The notes under the pieces are model-generated. The model ran no database searches and was not told the DNA's origin. It saw only the letters and a list, made by a program, of their open reading frames with translations. From an uncultured Erysipelotrichales bacterium (lineage in GTDB: Bacteria > Bacillota_I > Bacilli_A > Erysipelotrichales > CAZWEF01), in assembly GCA_964632125.1 (NCBI GenBank), contig CAZWEF010000005.1, positions 1 through 48,824 on the forward strand: a stretch of 48,824 bases of DNA. Direction: 5' to 3'. The translations under genes were made by a program, and so were the position numbers. This document shows, one piece after another, positions 39,794 through 48,824 of the stretch. Positions within the stretch are counted from its first letter, which is position 1; every line of letters starts with the position of its first letter.

Positions 39794-39881
39794 ATACCAA
39801 AGACAGTAACAGCGAAAGCTTAATTAGGTTACCGAGGATCGTCATTTCTTTATTTGACTATACTCGCCTATGCGAGTTTTT
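39794..39881 (+). ncRNA. L10 leader (ribosomal protein leader/attenuator)
   Basis: AAGACAGTA...TTAA...TACCGAGG core typical of the L10 leader, followed by the terminator ACTCGC-CTAT-GCGAGT-TTTT, upstream of rplJ. Confidence 0.85.
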
Positions 39882-39905
39882 CTTATAAAACAAGGAGGTG
39901 GAACA

Positions 39906-40394
39906 ATGAACGAAGCTACAATTCAAACAAAAGTGGAATTAGTAAAAGATATTCAAGCAAAAGTACAAGATGCAAAATCATTGGTTGTTGTTGAATATCG
40001 TGGATTAAGTGTTGCAGAAGTAACGGATCTTAGACGACAATTACGTGCTGAGAACGTGGAACTGGTTGTTTATAAAAACTCAATGGTACGTCGTGCGACT
40101 GAGGCAGCTGGTTATGCTGATATCAATGATGCATTAGTAGGTCCAAACGCATTTGCATTTGGTCTTGATGATGCAGTTGCACCTGCTCGTGTTTTAGCAA
40201 ATTTCGCTAAAAAACACAAAGCATTGGTTTTGAAAAAAGGTATTGTTGAAGGTAAAATCTTAAGCGCAGAGGAAGTTCAAACAATTTCTCAGTTGCCAAA
40301 CAAAGAAGGTATGTACTCAATGTTGCTTGGGTGTTTACAATCACCAATCCGCAGTTTTGCATTAGCAGTTAAAGCAGTTGCCGAAAAAGAATAA
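39906..40394 (+). CDS. rplJ: 50S ribosomal protein L10
   Basis: EYRGLSV, LRRQLR, VYKN, LVGPNA. ATG after AAGGAGG. Confidence 0.97.
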   Translation: MNEATIQTKVELVKDIQAKVQDAKSLVVVEYRGLSVAEVTDLRRQLRAENVELVVYKNSMVRRATEAAGYADINDALVGPNAFAFGLDDAVAPARVLANFAKKHKALVLKKGIVEGKILSAEEVQTISQLPNKEGMYSMLLGCLQSPIRSFALAVKAVAEKE

Positions 40395-40414
40395 AACTAT
40401 AGGAGGAATATAAA

Positions 40415-40780
40415 ATGGCAAAATTAACACATGAAGATATTATTGCATCTTTAAAAGAGATGACAATTTTAGAATTAAACGATTTAGTAAAAGCAATCGA
40501 AGAAGAATTTGGTGTAACAGCAGCGGCTCCAGTAGCAGTGGCAGCAGCAGTTGTTGAAGATGCTGGTCCAGCACTTGCAACAGTTACTTTAGTATCAGCT
40601 GGTACTTCAAAAGTTGCTGTAATCAAAGTTGTAAGAGAAATCACTGGTCTTGGCTTAGTTGAAGCTAAAGGTTTAGTTGATGGTGCTCCAAAAGCAATCA
40701 AAGAAGGTATTCCATTCGAAGAAGCAAAAGGAATCCAAGAAAAACTTGAAGCTGCTGGTGCAACTGTAGAAGTTAAATAA
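40415..40780 (+). CDS. rplL: 50S ribosomal protein L7/L12
   Basis: [48 protein letters not shown]. Confidence 0.98.
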   Translation: MAKLTHEDIIASLKEMTILELNDLVKAIEEEFGVTAAAPVAVAAAVVEDAGPALATVTLVSAGTSKVAVIKVVREITGLGLVEAKGLVDGAPKAIKEGIPFEEAKGIQEKLEAAGATVEVK

Positions 40781-40781
40781 C

Positions 40782-40803
40782 AACCCACATTCGTGGGTTT
40801 TTT
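40782..40803 (+). terminator. Terminator after rplL
   Basis: AACCCAC-ATTC-GTGGGTT plus T-run. Confidence 0.85.
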
Positions 40804-40824
40804 ATTCATTTAGGGGGTGTTTGA

Positions 40825-41430
40825 ATGAACCATTATTATAATAAAGAAGTTAGTGTTGCTTCAAATCCTAAGCAAATAAATCATGATTGTTTTAATCAAA
40901 GCTTTAAATTTATAACAGATCAAGGTGTTTTTTCTAGGGGTGGCATTGATTATGGAACTCAAGTTTTGCTGAAGGCTCTTGTTGAAGAAAATATTAAAGG
41001 TCCAGTCTTAGATGTTGGGTGTGGTTATGGTGTTATTGGAATTGTTTTAAATAGGGTACTCAATCTTGAAGTTGACATGGTTGATGTGAATAAGAGAGCA
41101 CTGGAACTTGCGATAAAAAATAAAGCACTTAATCATGTAGATGCAGGATGTGTTTTTGAAAGTGATGGGTTGAGTCAAGTAGAAGAGATGTATCAGACGA
41201 TTGTTACCAATCCTCCAATTCGAGCTGGGAAAGAAGTGGTACATCGTATTTTAAAGGATGCTTATCAACATGTAAATCAAAGTGGTTGCTTATATGTTGT
41301 GATTCAAAAGAAACAAGGTGCACCAAGTGCTTTGAAATTATTAGAAAGCATATTTGATGATGTCTCAATTATTGAGCGCGATGGTGGATATTACGTAATT
41401 AAAGCAAAAAGAGTTTACAAAGATATCTAA
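40825..41430 (+). CDS. Class I SAM methyltransferase (YbxB/RsmC-like)
   Basis: GVFS...IDYGT, LDVGCGYG, TNPPIRAGK, QKKQGA. Conserved position before rpoB. Confidence 0.92.
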   Translation: MNHYYNKEVSVASNPKQINHDCFNQSFKFITDQGVFSRGGIDYGTQVLLKALVEENIKGPVLDVGCGYGVIGIVLNRVLNLEVDMVDVNKRALELAIKNKALNHVDAGCVFESDGLSQVEEMYQTIVTNPPIRAGKEVVHRILKDAYQHVNQSGCLYVVIQKKQGAPSALKLLESIFDDVSIIERDGGYYVIKAKRVYKDI

Positions 41431-41442
41431 ATGTGGTAACAT
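41414..41442 (+). promoter_or_regulatory. Probable rpoBC promoter
   Basis: TTTACA-17 bp-TAACAT with TGn extension. Confidence 0.5.
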
Positions 41443-41511
41443 AATAGAATGTAAAGATTAATATGGGGAAGTGTGCCCATATATCTAAGATAAATAAAGG
41501 AGTGACCCCCT

Positions 41512-44500
41512 GTGACGATTAAAAGTGTTAAATCTGGCGAGAAAATTTTACGTAGAGATTATTCAAGAATTAGTGGTACTTTGGAATTACCAAATTTGGT
41601 TGAAATTCAAACAGCTTCTTACGATTGGTTCAAAAATGAAGGTATTTTTGAAGTTTATCGTGATGTTTATCCAATCAGTAATCATGGTGAAACGCTTATT
41701 TTAGATTTCATTGATTGCCGTTTTGAACAGCCTAAATATTCTGCTAGTGAGTGTAAAAATAGGGATATGACATATGCTGCACCAATTCGTGCAACATTAC
41801 GTCTAACCAATAACCATACTGGTGAAATTAAGGACCAAGATGTGTTTATGGGAGATTTTCCTTTGATGACTGAAGCAGGAACATTTATTATAAATGGTGC
41901 TGAACGTGTCATTGTATCTCAAATTGTTCGTTCTCCTGGCGCTTATTTTAACCCTGTTAAAGATAAGAGTGGGAAAATGTTATTTGCAACAAGTGTTATC
42001 CCCGCTCGCGGTACTTGGTTAGAGTTTGAAACGGATGCAAAAGATATTTTAAGTGTACGTATTGATCGTGCTCGTAAAATTCCAGCAACTGTGTTTTTGC
42101 GTGCGTTGGGTTTATCTAAAAATGAAGATATTTTAGCTGTTTTTGGTGACCATGAATACATCCGAAACACTTTAGAACGTGACACAACAAACAATACTGA
42201 AGAAGCATTGATTGAAATTTATACAAAATTAAGACCTGGAGAACCAGCGACTTTTGATGGTGCTTTGAATTTATTGTATGGGAAGTTTTTTGATAAAAAG
42301 CGTTATGACTTAGCGCGTGCAGGTCGCTTTAAATTCAATAAAAAATTAAGCTTAGTTGATCGTATTACAGATCGCATTGTAGCGCAAGATGTTTTTAGTG
42401 TAGATGGTGAATTAATTGTAAAAAAAGGTACTCGATTAGATCGTGAAGCTTTAGATTTGCTTGTTCCTGCACTTGAAGCTGGTGCACTCGTTCAAGAAGT
42501 TAAAGTAAATGAACATTTAGACGAAAACTGCTTTATCCAAGTAATGGATGTTTATGTTGATGATAATATGACAAAAACAACTCGTATTATTGGGACTGAT
42601 TTAACATTAAATGAAAAATACATTCGTACAGCTGACATGCTTGCTTCTTTTGCTTATGAATTGAACTTAATAGACTTTTTTGAAGCGTTAGACTTTGCGT
42701 TTGATGATCGAATCAAAGTGTTGGAAAAAGCTGGTTTATTGGATGATATTGACCACTTAGGAAATCGTCGTATTCGTTCTGTTGGAGAGTTAATTCAAAA
42801 CCAATTCCGTATTGGACTTGCTCGTATGGAACGTGTTGTTAAAGAAAGGATGTCATTATCTGAAGCTGATAGTGTCACGCCACAATCATTAACAAATATT
42901 CGTCCGTTAACAGCGGCAATTAAAGAGTTCTTTGCATCATCACAGTTATCACAATTTATGGATCAAACCAATCCATTGGCTGAATTGACTAACAAACGTC
43001 GTCTTTCTGCTTTGGGGCCTGGTGGGTTAACACGTGATCGTGCAGGATTTGAGGTACGTGACGTTCACAACTCGCATTATGGTCGTATTTGCCCAATTGA
43101 GACACCTGAGGGACAAAACATTGGGTTGATTAACAACCTTTCTACATATGCTAAAATCAATGAATATGGGTTTATTGAAACACCATATCGTCGTGTTAAA
43201 AATTTGGTTGTGACTGAAGAAGTTGATTACTTAACTGCCGATAAAGAAAATAAATTTGTTATTGCACAAGCAAACATTCGCCTTGATGAACAAGGAAATA
43301 TGTTGGATGACCAAGTAATTGCCCGTTACCGTGGAGAAAACATCATGGCATCTCGTGAAAGTGTAGATTATGTCGATGTTTCGCCAAAACAAATTGTTTC
43401 TGTTGCAACCGCTTGTATCCCTTTCTTAGAAAATGATGATGCAAACCGTGCCTTAATGGGTGCCAACATGCAACGTCAAGCAATTCCATTGATTCAACCA
43501 CATGCACCATTTGTTGGAACAGGTATGGAGTATGTTGCGGCTCGTGACTCAGGTTCAGCCGTTGTTTCGATTGATGATGGTGTTGTGACTTATGTTGATT
43601 CGAGAAAAATAGTTATTGAACATGCAAATGGACCTCAAACTTATGATTTAACTAAATTTGTTATTTCAAACCAAGGAACATGTTTCAACCAAATTCCAAT
43701 TGTTCGTGTTGGACAATCAGTGAAAAAAGGGCACGTTATTGCCGATGGACCTGCTATGGAAAATGGTGAGCTCGCATTGGGGCAAAACGTGGTGGTAGCA
43801 TTCATGACATGGCATGGTTATAACTATGAAGATGCGATTATTATGTCTGAACGTCTTGTTAAAGATGATGTTTACACATCAATTCATATCGAAGAATACA
43901 GTGTTGAATGTCGTGAAACAAAACTTGGGCCAGAAGAAATTACAAGAGATATTCCAAATGTTGGTGAAGAAGCACGTAAGAATTTAGATTCGCGTGGTAT
44001 TATCATGATTGGGGCCGAAGTTAAAGAAGGCGATATTTTAGTTGGGAAAGTAACACCTAAAGGACAAGCTGAACTTTCTGCTGAAGAGAAACTATTACTT
44101 GCGATTTTTGGTGAGAAATCTAGAGAAGTAAAAGACAATTCATTACGTGTACCACATGGTGGTGCTGGTATTGTTCATGATGTTAAAATATTTAATCGTG
44201 ATAAAGGGGATGAATTAGCCCCAGGTGTGAATCAAGTTGTTCGTGTCTATATTGTTCAAAAAAGAAAAATCTCTGAGGGAGATAAGATGGCTGGACGCCA
44301 TGGTAATAAAGGGGTTATTTCAAAAATATTACCAATTGAAGATATGCCTTATTTGCCAGATGGAACGCCAGTAGATATTATGTTAAATCCACTAGGGGTA
44401 CCTTCAAGGATGAATATTGGTCAGGTACTTGAGATTCACTTAGGTATTGCTGCTAAACAATTAGGCCTTTATATAGCTACACCTGTTTTTGATGGTGTAT

Positions 44501-45051
44501 ACATCGAAGACTTAATGGATGTCATGAAAGAAGCTGACATGGCAGAAGATGGTAAAACAGTTCTCTATGATGGGCGTACTGGAGAAGCGTTTGATGAACG
44601 TATTTCAGTTGGGGTTATGTACATGATCAAACTTGCCCACATGGTTGACGATAAACTTCATGCTCGTGCAACAGGACCTTATTCGCTTGTAACGCAACAA
44701 CCACTAGGTGGTAAGGCGCAAAATGGTGGACAACGTTTTGGAGAAATGGAAGTTTGGGCACTTGAAGCTTATGGTGCTTCATATACATTACAAGAAATCT
44801 TAACGATTAAATCCGATGATATTATTGGTCGTGTTAAAACATATGAAGCAATTGTTAAGGGTAAAGTGCTACCTGAAGCTGGTATTCCAGAATCATTTAG
44901 AGTACTTCAAAAAGAACTTCAAGCCTTGGCAATTGATGTTAAAATGATTGATGAAGTTGGCGAAGAAGTGGATATGAAAAAAGTTGAAGAAGAAGAAAAG
45001 AATTACGATAAAACGTTTGAATCATTAGCGTACGAAGATCTATCAGAGTAG
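41512..45051 (+). CDS. rpoB: RNA polymerase beta subunit
   Basis: [55 protein letters not shown]. Confidence 0.99.
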   Translation: MTIKSVKSGEKILRRDYSRISGTLELPNLVEIQTASYDWFKNEGIFEVYRDVYPISNHGETLILDFIDCRFEQPKYSASECKNRDMTYAAPIRATLRLTNNHTGEIKDQDVFMGDFPLMTEAGTFIINGAERVIVSQIVRSPGAYFNPVKDKSGKMLFATSVIPARGTWLEFETDAKDILSVRIDRARKIPATVFLRALGLSKNEDILAVFGDHEYIRNTLERDTTNNTEEALIEIYTKLRPGEPATFDGALNLLYGKFFDKKRYDLARAGRFKFNKKLSLVDRITDRIVAQDVFSVDGELIVKKGTRLDREALDLLVPALEAGALVQEVKVNEHLDENCFIQVMDVYVDDNMTKTTRIIGTDLTLNEKYIRTADMLASFAYELNLIDFFEALDFAFDDRIKVLEKAGLLDDIDHLGNRRIRSVGELIQNQFRIGLARMERVVKERMSLSEADSVTPQSLTNIRPLTAAIKEFFASSQLSQFMDQTNPLAELTNKRRLSALGPGGLTRDRAGFEVRDVHNSHYGRICPIETPEGQNIGLINNLSTYAKINEYGFIETPYRRVKNLVVTEEVDYLTADKENKFVIAQANIRLDEQGNMLDDQVIARYRGENIMASRESVDYVDVSPKQIVSVATACIPFLENDDANRALMGANMQRQAIPLIQPHAPFVGTGMEYVAARDSGSAVVSIDDGVVTYVDSRKIVIEHANGPQTYDLTKFVISNQGTCFNQIPIVRVGQSVKKGHVIADGPAMENGELALGQNVVVAFMTWHGYNYEDAIIMSERLVKDDVYTSIHIEEYSVECRETKLGPEEITRDIPNVGEEARKNLDSRGIIMIGAEVKEGDILVGKVTPKGQAELSAEEKLLLAIFGEKSREVKDNSLRVPHGGAGIVHDVKIFNRDKGDELAPGVNQVVRVYIVQKRKISEGDKMAGRHGNKGVISKILPIEDMPYLPDGTPVDIMLNPLGVPSRMNIGQVLEIHLGIAAKQLGLYIATPVFDGVYIEDLMDVMKEADMAEDGKTVLYDGRTGEAFDERISVGVMYMIKLAHMVDDKLHARATGPYSLVTQQPLGGKAQNGGQRFGEMEVWALEAYGASYTLQEILTIKSDDIIGRVKTYEAIVKGKVLPEAGIPESFRVLQKELQALAIDVKMIDEVGEEVDMKKVEEEEKNYDKTFESLAYEDLSE

Positions 45052-45062
45052 GAGGTATCTCG

Positions 45063-48000
45063 ATGATTAATGTAAATAAGTTCAGTGCTATGCAGGTTGG
45101 GCTTGCTTCTCCTGAGAAAATACTTGAATGGTCACATGGTGAAGTGAAAAAACCTGAGACAATCAACTATCGATCTCAAAAACCTGAACGCGATGGTTTA
45201 TTTTGTGAGCGTATCTTTGGTCCAACTAAGGACTGGGAATGTCACTGTGGAAAATATAAAAAAGTACGTTACAAAGGTGTTGTTTGTGATCGTTGTGGTG
45301 TTGAGGTAACCAAATCATCTGTAAGACGTGAGCGTATGGGTCATATTGACCTTGCTGCTCCGGTTGCACATATTTGGTATTTGAAAGGAACACCTTCACG
45401 TATGGGGCTTATCTTGGATATGGCACCTAAGTTACTAGAAGAAATCATATACTTTGTTTCTTATGTTGTAACAGATCCTGGTGATACATCGCTAGAATAC
45501 AAACAAGTTATTTCTGAGCGTGAATATCGTATGCACTATGAAAAATTTGGTAATGCATTTAAAGCAAAAATTGGTGCTGAAGCTGTTCAAACGTTGCTGA
45601 AACAAGTTGACTTGGAAAAGGAATTTGCTGATGTACAAAAAGAATTAAAAGAAGTTCAAGGTCAAAGAAGAACAAAACTATTGAAACGTCTTGAAGTGAT
45701 TGAGGCTTTCCGTAGTTCAAGTAACCAACCAGAGTGGATGATCCTTGGAGCATTGCCGGTTATCCCACCTGATTTAAGACCTATGTTGCAACTTGATGGT
45801 GGTCGTTTTGCAACAAGTGATTTGAATGATTTATATCGTCGTGTGATCACACGTAATAATCGTTTGAAAAAACTTTTAGAACTAGGAACACCTTCAATCA
45901 TCGTTCAAAATGAAAAACGTATGCTTCAAGAAGCAGTTGATGCACTTATTGATAATGGTCGTCGTTCTAAAGCCATTACAGGTGCTGGTGGGCGTCCATT
46001 AAAATCAATTTCACATGCTTTAAAAGGGAAACAAGGACGTTTCCGTCAAAACTTACTTGGTAAACGTGTTGACTACTCAGGGCGTTCTGTTATTGCAGTA
46101 GGTCCGGATTTAAATATGTACCAATGTGGATTGCCTAAAGAAATGGCGTTAGAGTTGTTTAGACCATTTGTCATTCATGAAACAGTTAAGCGTGAGCTTG
46201 CACAAAACATTAAAGCTGCCGAAGGTTTAATTGAACGTATGGATGAACGCATTTGGGATATTGTTGAAGATGTCATCAAAGAACATCCAGTCTTACTAAA
46301 CCGTGCTCCGACACTTCACCGTTTGGGTATTCAAGCATTTGAACCTAAATTAGTAGAAGGTCGTGCAATTCGTCTTCACCCTCTTGTAACGCCAGCATTT
46401 AATGCTGACTTTGATGGTGACCAAATGGCGGTTCACGTACCACTTTCGCAAGAGGCTTGTGCTGAAGCAAGACTATTAATGTTAGGGTCAAACAATATTT
46501 TGGGACCTAAAGATGGTAAGCCAATCGTAACACCTGGACAAGATATGGTGCTTGGTAACTACTACCTAACCATTGAAGATGATGAGGCACCTGGAGAAGG
46601 TATGGTTTTCAAAAACCAAGATGAGATGATGCGAGCATATCATGAAAAGATTGTTCATCTACATACAAGAATTGCTATTCGTGCTGCATCACTTGGTAAT
46701 CATACATTTACAGAGAAACAAAATAGTGGCTATTTGATTACAACAGTTGGTAAACTCATTTTTAATGAGATTTTCTCGAATGATTTTCCATTTATCAATG
46801 AACCAAATAATCGTAATTTAAGTGGTACACCAGATGAATACTTTGTTCCATTAGGAACAAATATTAAAGAACATATCAAAAATCAAAAAATCATTAAACC
46901 ATTTACTAAAAAAACATTGAGTAATTTGATTAATGAAGTATTTAAACGTTTTAAAACATCAGAAACAAGTAAAATGTTAGATAAGATGAAAGATCAAGGA
47001 TTTAAATATTCAACAGTTGCCGGAGTAACGGTTTCTATAGCGGATATTAACGTTTCGGATGAGAAATATGAGTTGTTTAAACTTGCAGATCAGTTGGTTG
47101 AAAAAGCAAAAGTGGATTATCGCAAAGGGCGTCTAACAGAGGAAGAACGTAAACAACACGTTATTTCAATTTGGAATGATGTTAAAGACGAAGTACAGCA
47201 AGTGGTTAAGACCAACTTTGAGTCAAACCCTAAGAATCCAATCTTCATGATGTCTGATTCTGGAGCCCGTGGGAATATTTCGAACTTTACGCAGCTTGTA
47301 GGGATGCGTGGGTTGATGGCAAATGCCAAAGGTGAGACCATGGAAATTCCAATCAAATCATCATTTAGGGAAGGTTTAACAGTATCAGAGTTCTTTACCT
47401 CTACACATGGGGCTCGTAAAGGTTTGGCTGATACAGCGATCCGTACTGCAGAATCTGGATATTTAACACGTCGTTTAGTTGACGTTGCACAAGATGTTAT
47501 TGTTGATATGGATGATTGTGGTACTGATAGAGGATTTATTGTTGAAACAATTGTAAATACAAAAGATAACTCAACGATTGTGCCTTTATATGACCGTCTA
47601 GTTGGACGTAATGCTAAAAATGATATTGTTAATCCAACAACAGGAAAAATCATCGTTGAAGGTGGCGAATTGATTACTGAAGATACTGCATTATTAATTG
47701 TACAAGCTGGCATTGAAAAAGTTGAGATTCGTTCAATCTTTGGATGTAACAGTAAAAATGGCGTTTGTCGCAAATGTTACGGACGTAACTTAGCAACAGG
47801 TATGGAAGTTGAAATTGGAGAGTCAGTTGGTATTATGGCGGCACAGTCAATTGGAGAACCTGGTACTCAGCTTACAATGCGTACATTCCATACAGGTGGG
47901 GTTGCTGGTGGATCAGATATCACACAAGGTTTACCACGTATTCAAGAGTTATTTGAAGCTCGTGTTCCTAAAGCTAAAGAACGTGCGGTTATTTCTGAGA

Positions 48001-48704
48001 TTGCTGGTGTTATCCGTGAAATCAATAATAACCAAGGTAGATATGAAGTTATTGTTGAAAATAATCTTGAGCAAAGAGACTATTTATTACCATTCAACGC
48101 TACACTTCGCGTAAAACAAGGTGATACCATTAAAATTGGGGCTAAAATTAGTGAAGGATCAATTGATCCAAAAGAACTATTGTTAGTCTCTGATGAATCA
48201 CATGTACAAAACTATATCTTAAAAGAAGTTCAAAAAGTATATCGTATGCAAGGTATTGAAATTGCTGATAAACATATTGAAGTGATGATTCGTCAAATGT
48301 TGAGAAAAGTGGTTGTTATTGAAGGTGGCGATACTAGAGCACTTCCAGGTACTTTAATGAGTGTCCCAGAATTTACTTCAATCAATCATGACATCTTACT
48401 TGATGGATTACATCCAGCAGTTGCTAGACCAATCTTACTTGGTATCACAAAAGCTTCACTAGAAACTGAGTCATTCTTATCTGCGGCTTCATTCCAAGAA
48501 ACAACACGTATCTTGACAGATGCTGCAATTAAAGGTAAAATTGACTATCTTGCAGGATTAAAAGAAAATGTTATTATTGGTAAATTAATTCCAGCAGGAA
48601 CAGGACTTAAAAAATACAATCAAGCAACGTATCAAACTGTTGAAGCATATGAAGAGTTAGATACTGCAACTGAAGAAGATTATTTCACTGAGATTAGAGA
48701 TTAG
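45063..48704 (+). CDS. rpoC: RNA polymerase beta' subunit
   Basis: [12 protein letters not shown] catalytic motif, [23 protein letters not shown]. Confidence 0.99.
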   Translation: MINVNKFSAMQVGLASPEKILEWSHGEVKKPETINYRSQKPERDGLFCERIFGPTKDWECHCGKYKKVRYKGVVCDRCGVEVTKSSVRRERMGHIDLAAPVAHIWYLKGTPSRMGLILDMAPKLLEEIIYFVSYVVTDPGDTSLEYKQVISEREYRMHYEKFGNAFKAKIGAEAVQTLLKQVDLEKEFADVQKELKEVQGQRRTKLLKRLEVIEAFRSSSNQPEWMILGALPVIPPDLRPMLQLDGGRFATSDLNDLYRRVITRNNRLKKLLELGTPSIIVQNEKRMLQEAVDALIDNGRRSKAITGAGGRPLKSISHALKGKQGRFRQNLLGKRVDYSGRSVIAVGPDLNMYQCGLPKEMALELFRPFVIHETVKRELAQNIKAAEGLIERMDERIWDIVEDVIKEHPVLLNRAPTLHRLGIQAFEPKLVEGRAIRLHPLVTPAFNADFDGDQMAVHVPLSQEACAEARLLMLGSNNILGPKDGKPIVTPGQDMVLGNYYLTIEDDEAPGEGMVFKNQDEMMRAYHEKIVHLHTRIAIRAASLGNHTFTEKQNSGYLITTVGKLIFNEIFSNDFPFINEPNNRNLSGTPDEYFVPLGTNIKEHIKNQKIIKPFTKKTLSNLINEVFKRFKTSETSKMLDKMKDQGFKYSTVAGVTVSIADINVSDEKYELFKLADQLVEKAKVDYRKGRLTEEERKQHVISIWNDVKDEVQQVVKTNFESNPKNPIFMMSDSGARGNISNFTQLVGMRGLMANAKGETMEIPIKSSFREGLTVSEFFTSTHGARKGLADTAIRTAESGYLTRRLVDVAQDVIVDMDDCGTDRGFIVETIVNTKDNSTIVPLYDRLVGRNAKNDIVNPTTGKIIVEGGELITEDTALLIVQAGIEKVEIRSIFGCNSKNGVCRKCYGRNLATGMEVEIGESVGIMAAQSIGEPGTQLTMRTFHTGGVAGGSDITQGLPRIQELFEARVPKAKERAVISEIAGVIREINNNQGRYEVIVENNLEQRDYLLPFNATLRVKQGDTIKIGAKISEGSIDPKELLLVSDESHVQNYILKEVQKVYRMQGIEIADKHIEVMIRQMLRKVVVIEGGDTRALPGTLMSVPEFTSINHDILLDGLHPAVARPILLGITKASLETESFLSAASFQETTRILTDAAIKGKIDYLAGLKENVIIGKLIPAGTGLKKYNQATYQTVEAYEELDTATEEDYFTEIRD

Positions 48705-48724
48705 ACGGGAAACCGTCTTTTTTT
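48703..48724 (+). terminator. Terminator after rpoC
   Basis: AGACGG-GAAA-CCGTCT plus T-run. Confidence 0.9.
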
Positions 48725-48824
48725 GTGCTTTTTTAGGTTCTATACTAATTTAGTGGGTAGAAGAAAAAATGCATAAAAAAAGGAAATCACTCGTGTATAA
48801 TGTTAAGTGCAAACCATACATTAG

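Noticed and set aside
47117-47773. 218-aa antisense ORF within rpoC, and other antisense or alternate-frame ORFs such as 19730-20134, 38716-39036, 40369-40809, 41682-42194 and 47809-48114
   Set aside because: Shadow ORFs inside conserved housekeeping genes, with no RBS and no recognisable motifs.
48769-48824. Open frame MHKKRKSLVYNVKCKPYI running off the window end
   Set aside because: Weak RBS, and it contains a TATAAT that is more likely the promoter of the next gene. It cannot be evaluated within the window.

Overview
AT-rich Firmicutes chromosome segment. It most likely belongs to the Erysipelotrichia/Mollicutes-related lineage, judged from the shortened L11 proline helix, RpoB His526->Asn and overall gene order; this is an inference, not a database result. 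About 90% of the window is core genome: yfhP-like hydrolase, HAD phosphatases, glpK, nagA, comFA/comFC, csp, hisK, secA-prfB, ftsEX, ctpA, uvrB/uvrA, rapZ-yvcK-whiA, cysS-mrnC-rlmB-sigH, rpmG (missed by the ORF track)-secE-nusG-rplKAJL-ybxB-rpoB-rpoC. The accessory part is 1-5147, a tandem pair of lactococcin-972-type transporter/immunity cassettes abutting the 3' end of a core gene. Each cassette ends in a ~455-bp direct repeat (period exactly 3362 bp) made of a 93-aa three-TM gene, a two-stem hairpin and the last 16 codons of the neighbouring yfhP-like gene. The permeases between the repeats are highly divergent, and only the first cassette carries a secreted peptide. This looks like a cassette-stacking toxin/immunity locus and is the best candidate for an undescribed system. 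Other oddities: prfB without its +1 frameshift, a catalytically dead membrane GDPD between uvrB and uvrA, a nucleotidase fused to a possibly degenerate dNMP-kinase-like domain, an orphan C-protein-like HTH, and a sortase appended to the whiA operon. No rRNA, tRNA, CRISPR, transposase or integrase was seen.
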